DNA of 64,000 nt from Chrysomallon squamiferum (Eukaryota > Animalia > Mollusca): positions 23,808,001-23,872,000 of the forward strand of contig CM022671.1 of the NCBI GenBank assembly GCA_012295275.1. The letters run 5' to 3'. The notes under the pieces are model-generated. The model saw nothing but the letters and a program-made list of their open reading frames with translations. It had not been told where the DNA came from and did no database searches. This document shows, one piece after another, positions 40,204 through 54,510 of this stretch. A program made the translations under genes and the position numbers. How positions within the stretch are numbered: the stretch's first letter is position 1; the number at the start of each line of letters is the position of its first letter.

Positions 40204-40316
40204 AACAAGCAGATTGTAACAAGCACTTCATAACAAGCAGATTGTAACAAACGGCTCATAACATGCACTTCATAACGGACACTTCGCAACAATAACTTCA
40301 TATTACAGCACTTCAT
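40204..40316. repeat. 14-bp minisatellite, ~8 units (AACAAGCACTTCAT / AACAAGCAGATTGT variants)
   Basis: Units readable in phase from 40204. Confidence 0.85.
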
Positions 40317-41698
40317 ATCTAATGAATGGTCAACACGGTACGTCTAGTCTGGGAACACTTTTGGCAGATAGCTGGCTGTCAGGCGACATCAATCATTTTC
40401 TTCACTCTGTCAAAATTCCAAACAACATCAAAGGACGCCGCCACAGGTAAACATAATACAATGTAGACAGGTGAGCTATAAGCAAACTAAGAGGGTACGA
40501 GACATTCCCGTTAATAAGGTGGATTTGTTAGAGGCTATGGGATTATATCCAGGCTGACTCTAGAAGGATTTTGGAGCGAATTTCACAGACTAAATCGAGA
40601 TTCTAAACACACATTTATGCATGTTTACGTATTTGTGTTTGCAGATTTGCTGAGTCCTAGTTCTACAAGATGTTATGATAGCTGAACCTAAGGCGAAAAC
40701 AAAGTAATTGTTTTGATTGTTTGTGACTGACAACCAGTCTTTGCTAACAAAAAAAAAAAAGAAAAAAGTTTGTCATCATTTTCCTAAGTCTAATAATTTT
40801 AGTACTTTTCTGTACTGTATTATTTCTTTTTTTCTACATTTATTATTAATAATATAATATATCTATAAAAGCTAAAAGTTGGAGAGAAAAAATAAGATCA
40901 ACAACAGCAATAACAACAAAAACAACAATAATAACTATAATAATAATAATAATAATAATAATAATTAATAATAATAGTTCTATTTTTCTTTTCGATAAAA
41001 AGTTAAAACAGCAAAACAGTTAAAGCAGATACGAAGTCTTTAATTTTATGAAACAGAGATGACTGACAGTACCACACGCACTTCGAACATTTACAACTAT
41101 CACTACTGCTTTTATTATACACTACCTCCCAGCAGACAAAATCGTGTTTATTGGTCTCACGACCCAGTAAAAGGTATCACGCCGTACCTGAACGCAGCTA
41201 AATGATGATCCTAATCTGTCTACACAGCAGGGAAGATTTTAAGTCGGGCCATTATTACTGGATCTAGATCTCAATGGTACAAATTTAAGTTCCAATGGTT
41301 CTCGTTGTAATGAATGATGATAACAACAGCCGCAAACTTTGTTAGTTAATTACAATTTATGTTTTTTTTTTTTTTTTTTATAGAACTTTTAGTAATTTCG
41401 ATTTCATGTTTTTTTTTTGAGACTGGATAACTGGTATGTGTATTTAGCATGCAAATAATTAGTAAAGTGGTAAAAGAAACAAATAATATAAACCCTCAGA
41501 ATAAAAAATTATACTGCTAAAAGTTATAAAAAACAACAACAGACAAACCTCTCTCCCGAAAAAAAACACCACAATCCATTCAAGGTAAGTCTATTAAAAA
41601 TCAAAATGAAGGTTTTTATTTATTAATTATTATTATTATTGTTGTCGTTGTTGTTGTAGTTGTTTTTACTATTATTATTTTTGTTCTTGTTATCGTTC

Positions 41699-41742
<44 letters not shown>

Positions 41743-42625
41743 TTGAAGGTTAATGGGACTGTGCCAGGAAGTGCCCCAGACATTAGGACCATCTGTCCAA
41801 AAGAAATATCCTGTTAGTTACCATCTCTGTTGTCTTCCACGGTGCACGAGTCTTCACCTTACATTCTGCAGCACTGCAACAAAGCATTCTCTGTGTGTTT
41901 ATATCACACTAATATTATTTTTCACACGCACTGTTTCATGTTACGTCTGTAGACAATAAACAAACATATGATTGTCAAAACACTGGGTGGAAACATATAA
42001 TTTTTCCCCATAGGCATCTTATCTACTTATTGCTTTATGACGAACGATAGCTATCTAGGGCAGTGGGATGATGTGTATACGATTTTTGGAAACCTTTGAG
42101 GATAATGCTTCGTTTTGGAGGTTTGGTGTTTGACTGTATCTTGCACATCAGAAAAATATAATTTTAAATGCTGTAGATGTTTTATCGTATCGATTACCCG
42201 TATAGAGATGAATATAGTTTAGATACGTTTTATGTTTTTTATTTTTATTTTTTTAAATATTTTTTACCACACAGACAGCAATAATAAAATTTCAGATTCT
42301 GAAATCGGTTATTATTTTCAGTTAATATTAGATTTTAAATGCGTTTAAACTGTTGTTAATTAAAATGTTTATCCCATTTTAAATACTTTTAAGTAGCCTA
42401 ATACAAAATCTGATGCTGGTCAATATATTTACGACGACGACGACGATGATGAAAATTAACACAATAATATAAAAAAGAACAAATAAAACATTGTCTCTTT
42501 TTTTGTCCAAATTTAAATTTAATTTAATTTAATTTTATTTTATTTTTTTTATTTATTTATTTTTTTTGGATTTATTTTCAGCAATTAATTATTATTATTA
42601 TTATTTTCAATAAAGAACAAAGAAT

Positions 42626-42629
<4 letters not shown>

Positions 42630-42693
<64 letters not shown>
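42630..42693. repeat. (GA)n microsatellite
   Basis: Directly visible. Confidence 0.95.
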
Positions 42694-42698
<5 letters not shown>

Positions 42699-45284
42699 GG
42701 AGAACAAAAATGTATGAAAGAAAAGAAAAGCAATTTACACGCGAAAAATGACGTCTTTAGAAGCCCACCCTGGAAGTTACAAGACAGTTAAACATTCAGT
42801 AACCTTCTCGCTTATATATACAGCTATCGAAGCGAAACCTTCACTAAATGTCCCCTCTATTCCATCTAAGCATTTACTTGCAGCTAAATTGACAGCGATC
42901 CCTCCCTGGGGTTCGGGGTCAAAAGGAAAGTCGAAGTTATAATTTCAATATGGTTCACACATTTGATCTCTGAACTATGGTAAGCAGACGACTGGGGATA
43001 AATCCGCGCCTAATTTAACAGGTGCTTTTCCGTGTCAAGCAGCTTTCATGTCTTTCCAGGTGGTTTGCCCTTTTTATACCAGTACACGGAAAAATTAATT
43101 TTCAGAAATAACTTGGGGCACGCACTAAATATGGCAAGGAAAACAAACGGAAAAGTAATTTTATAGCGGATTTAAACTTTTCACCTTAAATAATATCCTT
43201 ATGGTAATATGTATGTATACATGTTTGCTTAAATAATTATTGTAATATTGTTATGTGATAGCACTGTCTATAACACACACACACACACACACACACACAT
43301 ATTCATGTTCAGTTTATGACAGAGACGTAATTTATTCCAAATTCACTCAATCTCTGATATGTGCGTACGTATATAAATATAATTATCGTCTCTGGAAAAA
43401 TAAAAAAAAAAACATCGCCACATATTCAAAATAGTTCATATTCCTTCATTACCAGTTCCTTCAGCGTATGCATCTGTCCAACAACGTCTGCTTTGAAGTA
43501 TAACTATTATTTTCAAACAGTAGACATCTTTACCATATTACTAAAAGTGACAGCAAACACGTCTCGTTAGCAACGAATGCTGGCCCAGTAAATCATCCCA
43601 AACACAACTGAGGCCATAACTAAACAATGATGGGACACTTACAACAGACCGTTTAGTTATTAAATCAACGACGAAGAAACTCGCCACTGTCAGAACTTGA
43701 CCGCTGCTACCAAATTTTCAGAATTTACGATCATCCCCAGGAGTATCTTTACAGAATCTCAACAGCAAAACGTATTAAGGGGAGTTGAAGCGTAACGTAA
43801 GATTTCCTTTTAATGTTGATTAAATACTCCGGGGTGATATCTCCATACAGAAGACAAATATTGAACTGACCACTCCATTCAGGTGATATTGGTCTTTGTG
43901 TTGGAGAAAGAGAATGAAAGAAAGATACAGCCGCGTTCTTTTTTTTTTTTTTTTTTTTTTCTTGATAGCATCAGTTTTAGCAGTGCTAAATGTTTAACAT
44001 TTTGAAACCTCGTGCTGAAACTGTGAAACGGAAATTATCTGTTGTCTGAAGAAATTATCTTATTCATCGTCTTCCTCGTTTTAATAAAACATTGTCATCA
44101 GTGCTATCTTTATGGCTATCATAAAACATCGTTATTAACATCTTGTTAAATATCTTATTAAACATTACTATCAGTGTAATAAGTATATATGGAACGAACA
44201 AAAAATGTGTGTGAATCTCTGCGCGCACGTTCTGTATTTTATGTGTTCTGTATATACGTATACCTGTTCATAATTATTTGCTTGTATGAACATTTAGCAA
44301 TCTATCTATATATAAACATAAGGATTAAAGGCATGCATGCGTATGTGTGTGTGTATACGCGAGCATATGTTTGTATGCAAAGCTGAATAGAAACTTTTTT
44401 AAATTTAGTTTTCACAAACTACTTTCATGTATTATTATTATTTTTAAAACTTATTTTCTTTAAATTTTTACTGTAATTACGCCCTCGACCCTAGACAAGT
44501 ATATGAAATTTTTCGCACAAGACGAGTTGAGAGTTCAAACATTAGCAGTCATTAAGACCTCATTTAATCCACCCCTCGATTGTTAGATATTGTTTGGCTA
44601 CTCGCGTATTGAATAATTTAATCTTATTACAGCTATTTAAACATTAACCAAATATTATTGAAAAGCGAGTTGATTTGTTCAGCAAACGTTGCAGACAGAT
44701 AAATGTTTATTCTAATTCTCAGAAACGTGAGAAAACACGAGATTTCGTGCCGACGCCATTTTAACTATGTCCACAAAAGCTGTTGCCGCGAACTGACCGT
44801 GGTCGTGTGTGGTGAACCCTTGATCCGGTTACACGACAACTCTAATTCGATTGTTGCTAATTTTCAATGTTCTTTTTACAATCGGCGCAGTTTCAGTGTT
44901 GGTGAAGTAGCCGGCGTCAAAACGGAGACATCGTTCTTGCCGTTTAGTTTATGGTTGCCTCTGTTTTTCACAGAAACAAAAACAAAATCCGCACGTTAAG
45001 TCTCGAATGACTGGATCGCTAGAGTAAATCAATGCACATAAGTTTGTAGACGCTCCAACTGACTTTATAATCCGCCGAAATACCTCCACGATGAAGAGTC
45101 GATATACGCCACTCGTTTGATACAGTAACACAATACTGTAATACGTTTGTGGCGCTTTACCTCGTTAAAATCAGGAAAGCAATTAAAACAACTTTAATAA
45201 GCATTCTGTTTCTTTTTTCGATATGTTTGTTCTCCACTTTTTAATTTATTTTATATTTTTGGTGGATGAAGGAGGTTAGGCTGC

Positions 45285-45324
<40 letters not shown>

Positions 45325-47104
45325 CATGATCATTTTGATATTTTATTCCCCCACCCTCAATATAAGACATATATTTTATTTATTTACCTCTGTGATTATC
45401 AAATCAATAATTTGTACTTCTAAAATGACCAGACAGAGCGATCGCTTTCTGTCTGCTTCTTTAATATTCTGGACGTCTGCTTTTTTTTTTTTTTTTTTTT
45501 CTTCCGCAGACGGCGATCGTTTGCGCGTAAGTCAAATATTTTTTTTTCCTGGGCTTTTTCTCATAAATGCTGACTTATTTACACGAATGTCGGTTCTGTT
45601 ATTGCTATCTTACAGAGTAGGTCAGTTTTACGAGACAGAAAGAGATATTAACTGATTTAACTGTTAATAGACTGCAGCATGTGATAAACAGGTATAGCTG
45701 ATAAAATCAAACAATTCTTATGTTTTATTATGAAAAACTAGTAAAATGGCTGACAGTTGTTTTTCACAATGTATTATTATTATTATTATTATTATTTGTA
45801 ATGAAAATCATTTTATCGTGAATGTTTTATCGACAACAATGTTGGCCAATATTTTCAGAAATTTTTGATCAACCTTTGAACATGGTACGAACATTCTTAA
45901 TTTATTTTATTATTATTTATTTAACTAATTATTTTTAAATTTATAACGTCTCCGGGAGTGGAAATGAAACTTTCTTTTTGCTGTTTCCAGCAGAATAAAG
46001 CTCTGCAGTTTTTCTTTCAATGTCATGACTACAATAGTGTTCACCTTATTTTCTGAAATCCTGTTTTCTCCAAAAAAAGAGCTATCAACTTAGTTAATGT
46101 TTGTTCTACCAACTGAGTATCTGCTTGTTAATTAAACATTTTATAACTATAGTTTCTGAGAAAATGTATGACTTTTAGACTGCGAAGTAAGAATAAATAT
46201 AACTAATTTTATTAGCTTCACCTTCCAATTCTTCCATTTCCCCATTCATCAAACCGTGGAACGGCTGGTGACAGGAAAGAGAAGGGGTCCGTTAGGCTAT
46301 ATTTTGTTTCCAGTTTATGAATATTATTTTCTTTTCCTTAATGCCCTCCATTAAATGTGATTCAGCCTGAAGTTGAGGTAAGCTGAACTGCGAGATAATG
46401 TTAAACACACGTTCCTCCGGGTGTTGCACATAATCGTAATGTAATACTGTGCTTTTTATTGGTTATACCGTTGTATAATGGTTGACATTTCCCTTAACTA
46501 ATATCTCAACAATAAGATCATCATCATCATGATGGTAATTATTATTAATAGTACTAGTAGTTGCGGTACTGGTAGTGGTGGTGGTGGCAGTAGTAGTAGT
46601 AGTGTTGTAATAGTATTATTACTTGTCATGTTTCATCATTTAGGAGAAAAAGTGATAGTAGAAGTAATAGTTATAGCAGCAACAGCTAGTAGTAGTGATA
46701 GTTAAAGAAACAGCATTAGTAGCTGCAGTAACAACAGAAAGTGCACTAGTAGTTTTAAGTTGTGGTAGAAACTGGTGTTACTTAGTCTCCATAGCAGTCT
46801 CAGCTTCATTGAATATACGAAAAGGTTTTGCCATAAATAATAATAAATATATTAATAATAAGTATCATCTTCTTCTTCATAAATTCTGTCATCTTGTCGT
46901 AATTTCGATGAGTAAGAAAAAGAAACATTGGTAATAATTTCTAGAAGCGATTTTCTAAACCGTCATCTTGAATGTGGTTCAAAAGATTACAGGAAATATT
47001 CTGTGGAATTTTCGCTGTTTTTGTTTGTTTGTTAGATGTTTTTTATTATTATTATTATTACTACAACTACTACTGTTACTACTACTTTAACGTCTGACGT
47101 ACAT

Positions 47105-47105
<1 letters not shown>

Positions 47106-47194
<89 letters not shown>

Positions 47195-47197
47195 CCT

Positions 47198-47281
<84 letters not shown>
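47106..47281. repeat. ~175-bp (CT)n tract with central (CCCT)n interruption
   Basis: Directly visible. Confidence 0.95.
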
Positions 47282-47282
<1 letters not shown>

Positions 47283-48302
47283 GCTATTTTCATCAGTTCA
47301 GCATTAATGTCTGTTTCATGCTGTACAGTGTAAAATACGGATCAGACATCATTAGGTTTCATCTAACATGCTATACAGCTACAGAGCAGAACGAGTGCCT
47401 CGCTGAAAATAAAGTTGCGTGTGTTCCATATGCAACCACTTCGATTATTTACATATACTTATCACATGTCAATGGTCCCTCTCGTTTTTATTTATTTCTA
47501 TCGCCAACAACAATGCGATCAAAGATGTGTGATACTCTTCATGTACCCGCTGTCCCGAAAACTGCATTATGATAAGTTAGCAATAAGCCGCGTTTTAGCC
47601 CTCACCTTTCAAAGGCCAAGTCGAAACAGAAATTAAGTCCCGTCCTCCTCCACCGCCCACTGCATTGTGGGAGCTGTTTTGCTTGGCTTTATCTATTGAA
47701 AACGTATCATAGTAATTCCTATAATTTATAAAAATGATATATAAATCTTTTGTTCCTTGCTGTACATCATACTCTGTTGTTGTCAAGTGCTTTCAAGTGC
47801 ACATTTGCTGTCGGGTCCAGTCCATTATAGCTGTTTTGGCAATGAAAAGTTACCCAGAAGAATAAATCTTCACAAAGCTATTGTTGGGAATCAGTCAATA
47901 CTCCGTTTTCTTGACTCAGCCGCCAGGCATTTATTATCGTAGGTTTTTTCTTCTGCACAATGGTTGTATGTTAAATATTTGAAATATACTCTGAATATGT
48001 CACCAAATTGGACTCAATTATATTAATCACTATGAAGGAATTTGCGTTTATTTTTTTGAGATAAAGAGAAAAAAAAAAATATGAAAAACTAGAGAATTTC
48101 CCCTGTGAACTAGGTGATGCTTTTACACTGACTCATAACTGGGTAGAGAAGTGAACGGTAGATTATACCCAGATAAAACTTGTGAATGGAATAATTCTGT
48201 GTACGTATCCAGGAAGCATTCAGTGATTAGATTATATTGCTTTAAGCAAAAATTTAAGTTTATTACTTTTTGTATTCTACTTATGTTCACATTAAACCTT
48301 CA

Positions 48303-48341
<39 letters not shown>

Positions 48342-48433
48342 GTTACAAAATTGTTACTTTTAATTAACTGTAATTGAGATTATGGATTATGGTTGCCGTA
48401 TACATGTACAGAAAACACGGGAGTTGTGTTAGT

Positions 48434-48540
<107 letters not shown>

Positions 48541-50436
48541 ATGAAGGTTTCAAATTCAGAGAGAAATCATTATGTGTTATGAAAGACGTTTTAAAAACCA
48601 AAGCGTTGCAATCATAATTTAATTCAGTAACATTACTGATACATCACTTAAGTTGTTTACACTGATTCGAAAAATGCCATATACATCAATTCAAATTTCA
48701 CATCCCACGGTGCCAGTATAAGTATAAGAAAGAAAATACAGACTCTTGGCCTCAAAGAATTAAAAAAATCGCGTGATCGGTGTAAGAATGACTAAATCCG
48801 AGCATGGTTGTCAACACCCACTTCGAAACAATTGATTTGCACAGCCTGGCAACATTTGTAATGTTTCGAAACAATGAAGATAAATAAACATAGACAATGC
48901 TTTCAGGAGTGCGAAAAACCTTTTAAACAAATCTTTTCTTTTTTTTTTTTTAACCATTTTTGAGTTTTAATGTCTGTAATCCAGACCAGTAATCCTGGAA
49001 CAGTGAACACCTTACACAGTGAAGGCATTTTTTTGTCGTTTGTGTATCTGTATGCTGACTTTACTAACAGTGAACTGGAAGATTGAACAGAAGACATAAT
49101 AAAGGTATTATTAATCATTTATACACTGTTCTTCTAATGAAAAAAGGACATGCTTAGCGTTACAAATAGATGATACAAATACTTTTCTTTCAATATACGT
49201 GCATGTGTGTTTATTTATGCATATATGTCTGCCTGTTTGTCTGTCTGTACGTATGTATGTATGTAAATATGTAATTTATGAATGTTCGTACGTAAGTACC
49301 TATGTATGCATTTATATAATTCATTAATGAAAGGTCACACATCATCCAACTTATACTATATTGTGTAAGCCCAGAAGCAATGTCTACGAAAAACCGTTTT
49401 GGTAGTCTTTCATCATCGTTCAGTTTGTATTTGTCGTGTATTTCTGATGGCAGAAAAATGCTCGATCATTCAAAGGTTGCTGTTAACATACTTCTATGCG
49501 TAACATCCTTGTTGTAAGGACAAGAAGTCAGACTGAATACGCCAAACGTTAGTTCAATACTCATGAACCTGCCAGAAAAATGATGAATTATTAATTAAAA
49601 TGATATTTGTCTACGTGCCTTTCCGTGAAAACAAGGCAGACTTGATTATATTGTTTTAATACGTGAAATGTTTTTAAAGAAAGTGTTTGTAATGACAATG
49701 TTCGATCTATGGATAATCAAATGGATAAATCTGTAAATGAAATTACAAAACGAAACAAATGATATCAATTAAAGATAAATGCCATGAATTAACAGTGTAG
49801 TGAATATTGTTATTTTAAAAAAAAAGAAAAAAAAAGTAGATATATGTATGTATGTATGTACGTTCGTTAAACAATGGATTGTGCACATTTTTGTTTTGCT
49901 AATATACGTCAAATGTACCGCTACGTTCAGTTTTCACTACAAAGAGTATTCGTAGTTCTTGTACATGACCATTTTCTTATTTTACCCATAAATTATAAGT
50001 TGCTGTTTATAGCGTGGATTTTATTATATATCTGACATAGGTTATATGTTCAAATAATATACCCTCAGCAGTCGTTAACAGATTTTTAAAACTGTAATTT
50101 CAAAAGCCGTACGGAAAGCGTTTTTCGATTGATAGCAATAACAAAGCACCTGTTTCCGTGCCCATTGCCCGTATCTGGATTCAGTTTAAAGCTAGAGTTT
50201 TACACAACATTTAAAGCAGTTTTAGTTAACATGTGTCAATGCACCTGAAACGAACGAGTGTTAAACACAGATTCATTCACGTGTAAGAGCGACTTTTTAA
50301 GAATGGAAACGCTGCAGTATAATAGTATTTACCTTTTCTATTTTTTTTCTTGTTAAGCGGAAACTCCCACGTGGCTTACTTCCAGTGCAAAAAGCTAGTA
50401 CAATGAACAGTAACTCAGGAGTGGTTTATTTCAGTT

Positions 50437-50508
<72 letters not shown>

Positions 50509-51324
50509 GATTATTATTATTATTATTATAATGATGATGACGATGAGGAGGATGACGACGATGATAAAGATGGTAACGATGGTGATGGAGATGATGATGA
50601 TACACACATACTTACATACATACATACGTAGCTATATAGACAAACAGGCAGACCCACAGGCGGACAGACAAACAGTTGGATAGATATTAATTTTTCCCGC
50701 AAAATGGATTCAAGATCGAATACCAGACGTATGGCGTTAACGTTTTACAATTTCCATTAAAAAGGAATTAAGCATTGTGTAATTATTTCGAATACATGCA
50801 CTTACTATACTTATTACTGTAATACATTTGTGTGTGTGTGTGTGCGTGTGTGTGTGTTGTTAAAAATAAAACTTCTTCGTAAGTTAAAATAATAATTTGT
50901 TAAATTTTATTTTTACTTTTTTAAATAGAAATAATCAGATAAACCAAATTTATGTACGGAAATGGGAAACAGGATCTGCTTTGGAAAGATATGCCACTGA
51001 CTCTAAGGTGTTTAAATAATGCAAATTTTTAGGGGGATTTTGGACACATTCTTGTTCAGACCTTGACACAATACTGCTAGTAATAATTTTCTTGGCAACT
51101 AGTCTTACTTCTGCTTATTCTTTACGCATAATTTCGGATATTTCAATTAAGTGCGTACTGCACGTTTTCTATTTAATTTTCATGAATACAAATGATTGAA
51201 ACAGCTGCCAGTGTACACAGGAAGACCTAAAATTTTATAAATACAATGAAATTATGAAAAAAAAAAAAAAAAAATGTGAAGCTGCCTTACTGCATTATCT
51301 ACAGTTTTAAATAGAAAGATCCTA

Positions 51325-51426
<102 letters not shown>

Positions 51427-51532
51427 GTAATGTACTCAAATATCATTAAAACGTTTTATCTTCGCGAGCGAATTATAACACGTATGCAGAACAATAAAAA
51501 GAAAAAAAGAGATGACAATGAAAAAAACTTAC

Positions 51533-52395
51533 TTTTTGTCGCAGTCACAGTGACTCATGGTGGTCAGTCTGTAGTTAAACAGATTATATTTCCAATTGAA
51601 TCGTCCTATGATGTATTTGCAGTTATCATGGGTTCTGCAGCAAGAGTCCGTTCCGGCGTCGTAGCCGAGGTCATTATAGGACTCAGCGATGTCCCCGTCC
51701 CCGCACCATTTAGTCCCCGGAAAAATGAACCACCCCGACATCAGGTCTCTTTTGACCCGCAGGCGTGTTGCATTGACTGAAATTTCAGATTGCTCCGATA
51801 TATCGTTATTTGTTCCTATTCTCTTTCGAATGGCCTCTGCCGCTAATTTTCTTTTCTGTTCTTCAATTCTTGCTTTTTTGTAAAACATGTGACACTGTCG
51901 CCGTTGACCTTTCACGTCAACGTAGTTTTTGAATATTCCAAGAGAATTTCTGTTTCCTAGTGCGGAATAAACACTGCCATGTTTCAACACTGAAGCTGAC
52001 ATATATGCCTCAGTGATGTTTCTCCGAACACTGCTAGATATGAATGATTTTGCGCTTATAAATGAATCAATGAATGTCAATATGGCTTTTATATTTTTAG
52101 TATATTCACAGTCTTTTATCTCCCCGTGTTGGGTGACCAACTGAATAAGTCTTCTTCCATCACAAACTTGTCTTAGCGACAGACTGTCTGGACTGTCCAA
52201 AAACCCAGTGGTTTCTAGTATCAAAACCCTTTTATAAGCTATCCTTAATTCTCTTTCATTATTTTCATTTAAATTAACCAAAGCGAAATTTTTCGACATA
52301 AGCGAATAACCGAATTTTCGTCCGTTTACGGGAACCGTGAGAATAAAGCAGATAAAAATAGCCACCCCTGTAACACCCGCCCGCATCTCGACCAT
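51533..52395 (-). CDS. Group III (bee-venom-type) secreted phospholipase A2, exon 1; full protein 351 aa
   Basis: Signal peptide, long prodomain, RVKR site, IFPGTKWCGDG Ca-binding loop, DSCCRTHDNC active-site motif, SHCDCD; donor AA|gtaagt at 51532, phase 2. Confidence 0.95.
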
Positions 52396-52683
52396 GACCG
52401 AAAAATTAACGTCTGACTCTTACGGCGGCAACAGACGAGAGTGTCGTCTGCTTGTGCTCGAGGAGAACGCTGCGTGACGTTTTCACTGTAGGACCGGGCC
52501 CGCGCGAGAAAACCTACCGGCTTGTTGAACGTGTAATCGGTAAACCCCGCTTCGGTCTACACGTCCACGTAGGTCTAGTTAAACACAGGAACAAGCGTTC
52601 AGTAACAACTGACATTGTATAATGTTGGTCAAACGAAAACTTCCTTCTTCAGTTAATTCAGCGCAGGTGTTGCACAATTATTA

Positions 52684-52722
<39 letters not shown>

Positions 52723-52992
52723 ATTTAAAATTACATATTAACAGAAGAAAGAAAAAGTATCGCTTGTTTAACTGATTCTTCGCGCTCTTCCGACATCATC
52801 TTGCAGCTTATGATTTCCTTATTATGAAAACGTAATCTTGCACGAAAGTAAATTAAGCGTATCGAAAATCGCGTTGGATAGAATGATGTAGAGATGAACA
52901 AAAAAAAAAACGAGGAGAGATGAGAAAATCAAACGCGTTTATACTTAGTTTATATTAATTTGCATACCAAAGTGATATTATAAGATATTATG

Positions 52993-53023
52993 TGACCCGG
53001 ACGTGGGTCATATTACGTGACCC
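52993..53023. promoter_or_regulatory. Three alternating GGGTCA nuclear-receptor half-sites upstream of PLA2
   Basis: TGACCC-n6-GGGTCA-n7-TGACCC, ~600 bp upstream of the PLA2 ATG. Confidence 0.35.
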
Positions 53024-53213
53024 ACATGACATGCTGTGATTATGATATGATGTAGGTGACAGGTAATAAATAATACAATGTGTTAAAATGATTTATCAGA
53101 TCAAATGAAATAATATTAACTCAACACCAAAAATGGAGTATATTACTGGTTTTGTTGTTGTGGCTGTTATTGTTCATGTTATTGTTTTATTGTTTTATTG
53201 TTATTGTTATTGC

Positions 53214-53259
<46 letters not shown>

Positions 53260-53679
53260 TGCTGTTACTGTTGATACTCGTATATACTTATTATTACTAT
53301 TATTGTTATTGTTATTGTTAATGTAAGAGTTGTTACAGTTCTTATTTTAAAAAGTGTCTGGTCGAAATGTACCAAATAACTGATCGCTAAAACAAATATT
53401 CATTATTTTAGTTTTCAGCGTAATGTAAGGAAATCAAACTCCAAGACACTAATAGAGTGTTTTATTTGTTTTATTATTATTATTATTTACGAACGCATTA
53501 ATATTTATCATATCACATTTCACGTATTGACGCATGATACGTCTCATCTTAAATGATGAAACATGACAAGTTATCGCCATTCAGGATACTTTTAATGATT
53601 ACCAAAAACAGATCTTTAATTTATACTGATGTGTGCCTTCCCATATATATTTAGAAGTACATGTCAGTGAATTTTTTAA

Positions 53680-53786
53680 ACCAGACTTTGGGGCACTGCC
53701 TCGAACAGAAAATAAACCATGTTTGTCCTGATTAGAACTGATTCCTTGATTTTCATGATTCAGTCCTGCAATCCAACCACTACACC
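53680..53786 (-). mobile_element. Possible decayed tRNA-derived SINE head
   Basis: Minus strand begins GGTGTAGTGGTT (A-box-like) with a weak B-box-like AGTTCTAATC about 45 nt later; no intact cloverleaf. Confidence 0.3.
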
Positions 53787-53830
53787 TTCAGTTTGTTTCT
53801 ATATTAAATGCATGCAGACTTTGAGATCCA

Positions 53831-53867
<37 letters not shown>

Positions 53868-54424
53868 GAAATTCATATTGTGGTATTTTACAGATGTACG
53901 GTGCGTAAAACGTATTCCTGTTTACGAAGACGAGCAATTTCTGAAGCTCAAAGGTCACAGAAGATGGCCGGAGATCACTCGATGAGAGTTCAAAACAGTG
54001 AAAGGGGTCAAGTACTCTTTTCTGATCTTTGTGACGGACTCCGCCGAGTTCCTCATACACCTTTGTATATTCTCTAATGTACATAGCATGTTGTTTTAAT
54101 TGGAACACCTATGTAGAACATGCCGCGTCAGTCCCCGGACAATGCCGGGTAGCCGCTTCAAAAGAAGACAGTGTATCCGCCTTTAGTAAATTCCCAAACG
54201 TGTGCTCTTTTATGTTCGGACATACACCGACACGGAGGGCATGCAGTGCCATGTTCTTGTTTCTTATTGTTGTATCTTTCTTTTATTAAATATGACAATG
54301 TATAACGCAGCCTTGTTCCAGTAAATACGGCTGGTATGTCGTCTGCCCTTCAGTCTCTGTGTATGTTTGTTATGTCTGTCGTTCAGACTTTTGTTTGTTA
54401 GCCTGTCTCTGGATGTTAGAATTT

Positions 54425-54427
<3 letters not shown>

Positions 54428-54505
<78 letters not shown>
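54428..54505. repeat. (CT)n microsatellite
   Basis: Directly visible. Confidence 0.95.

Positions 54506-54510
<5 letters not shown>

Noticed and set aside
49465-49568. Nearer candidate for PLA2 exon 2 (KFMSIELTFGVFSLTSCPY...)
   Set aside because: Has an acceptor in the right phase but lacks FxxCL/FFN/CF and the required cysteines; the exon at 37904-38096 matches fully.
53808-54289. Consecutive ORFs in a GC-richer block between PLA2 and SMPD4
   Set aside because: No recognisable domain or coherent exon chain; better explained as regulatory DNA.
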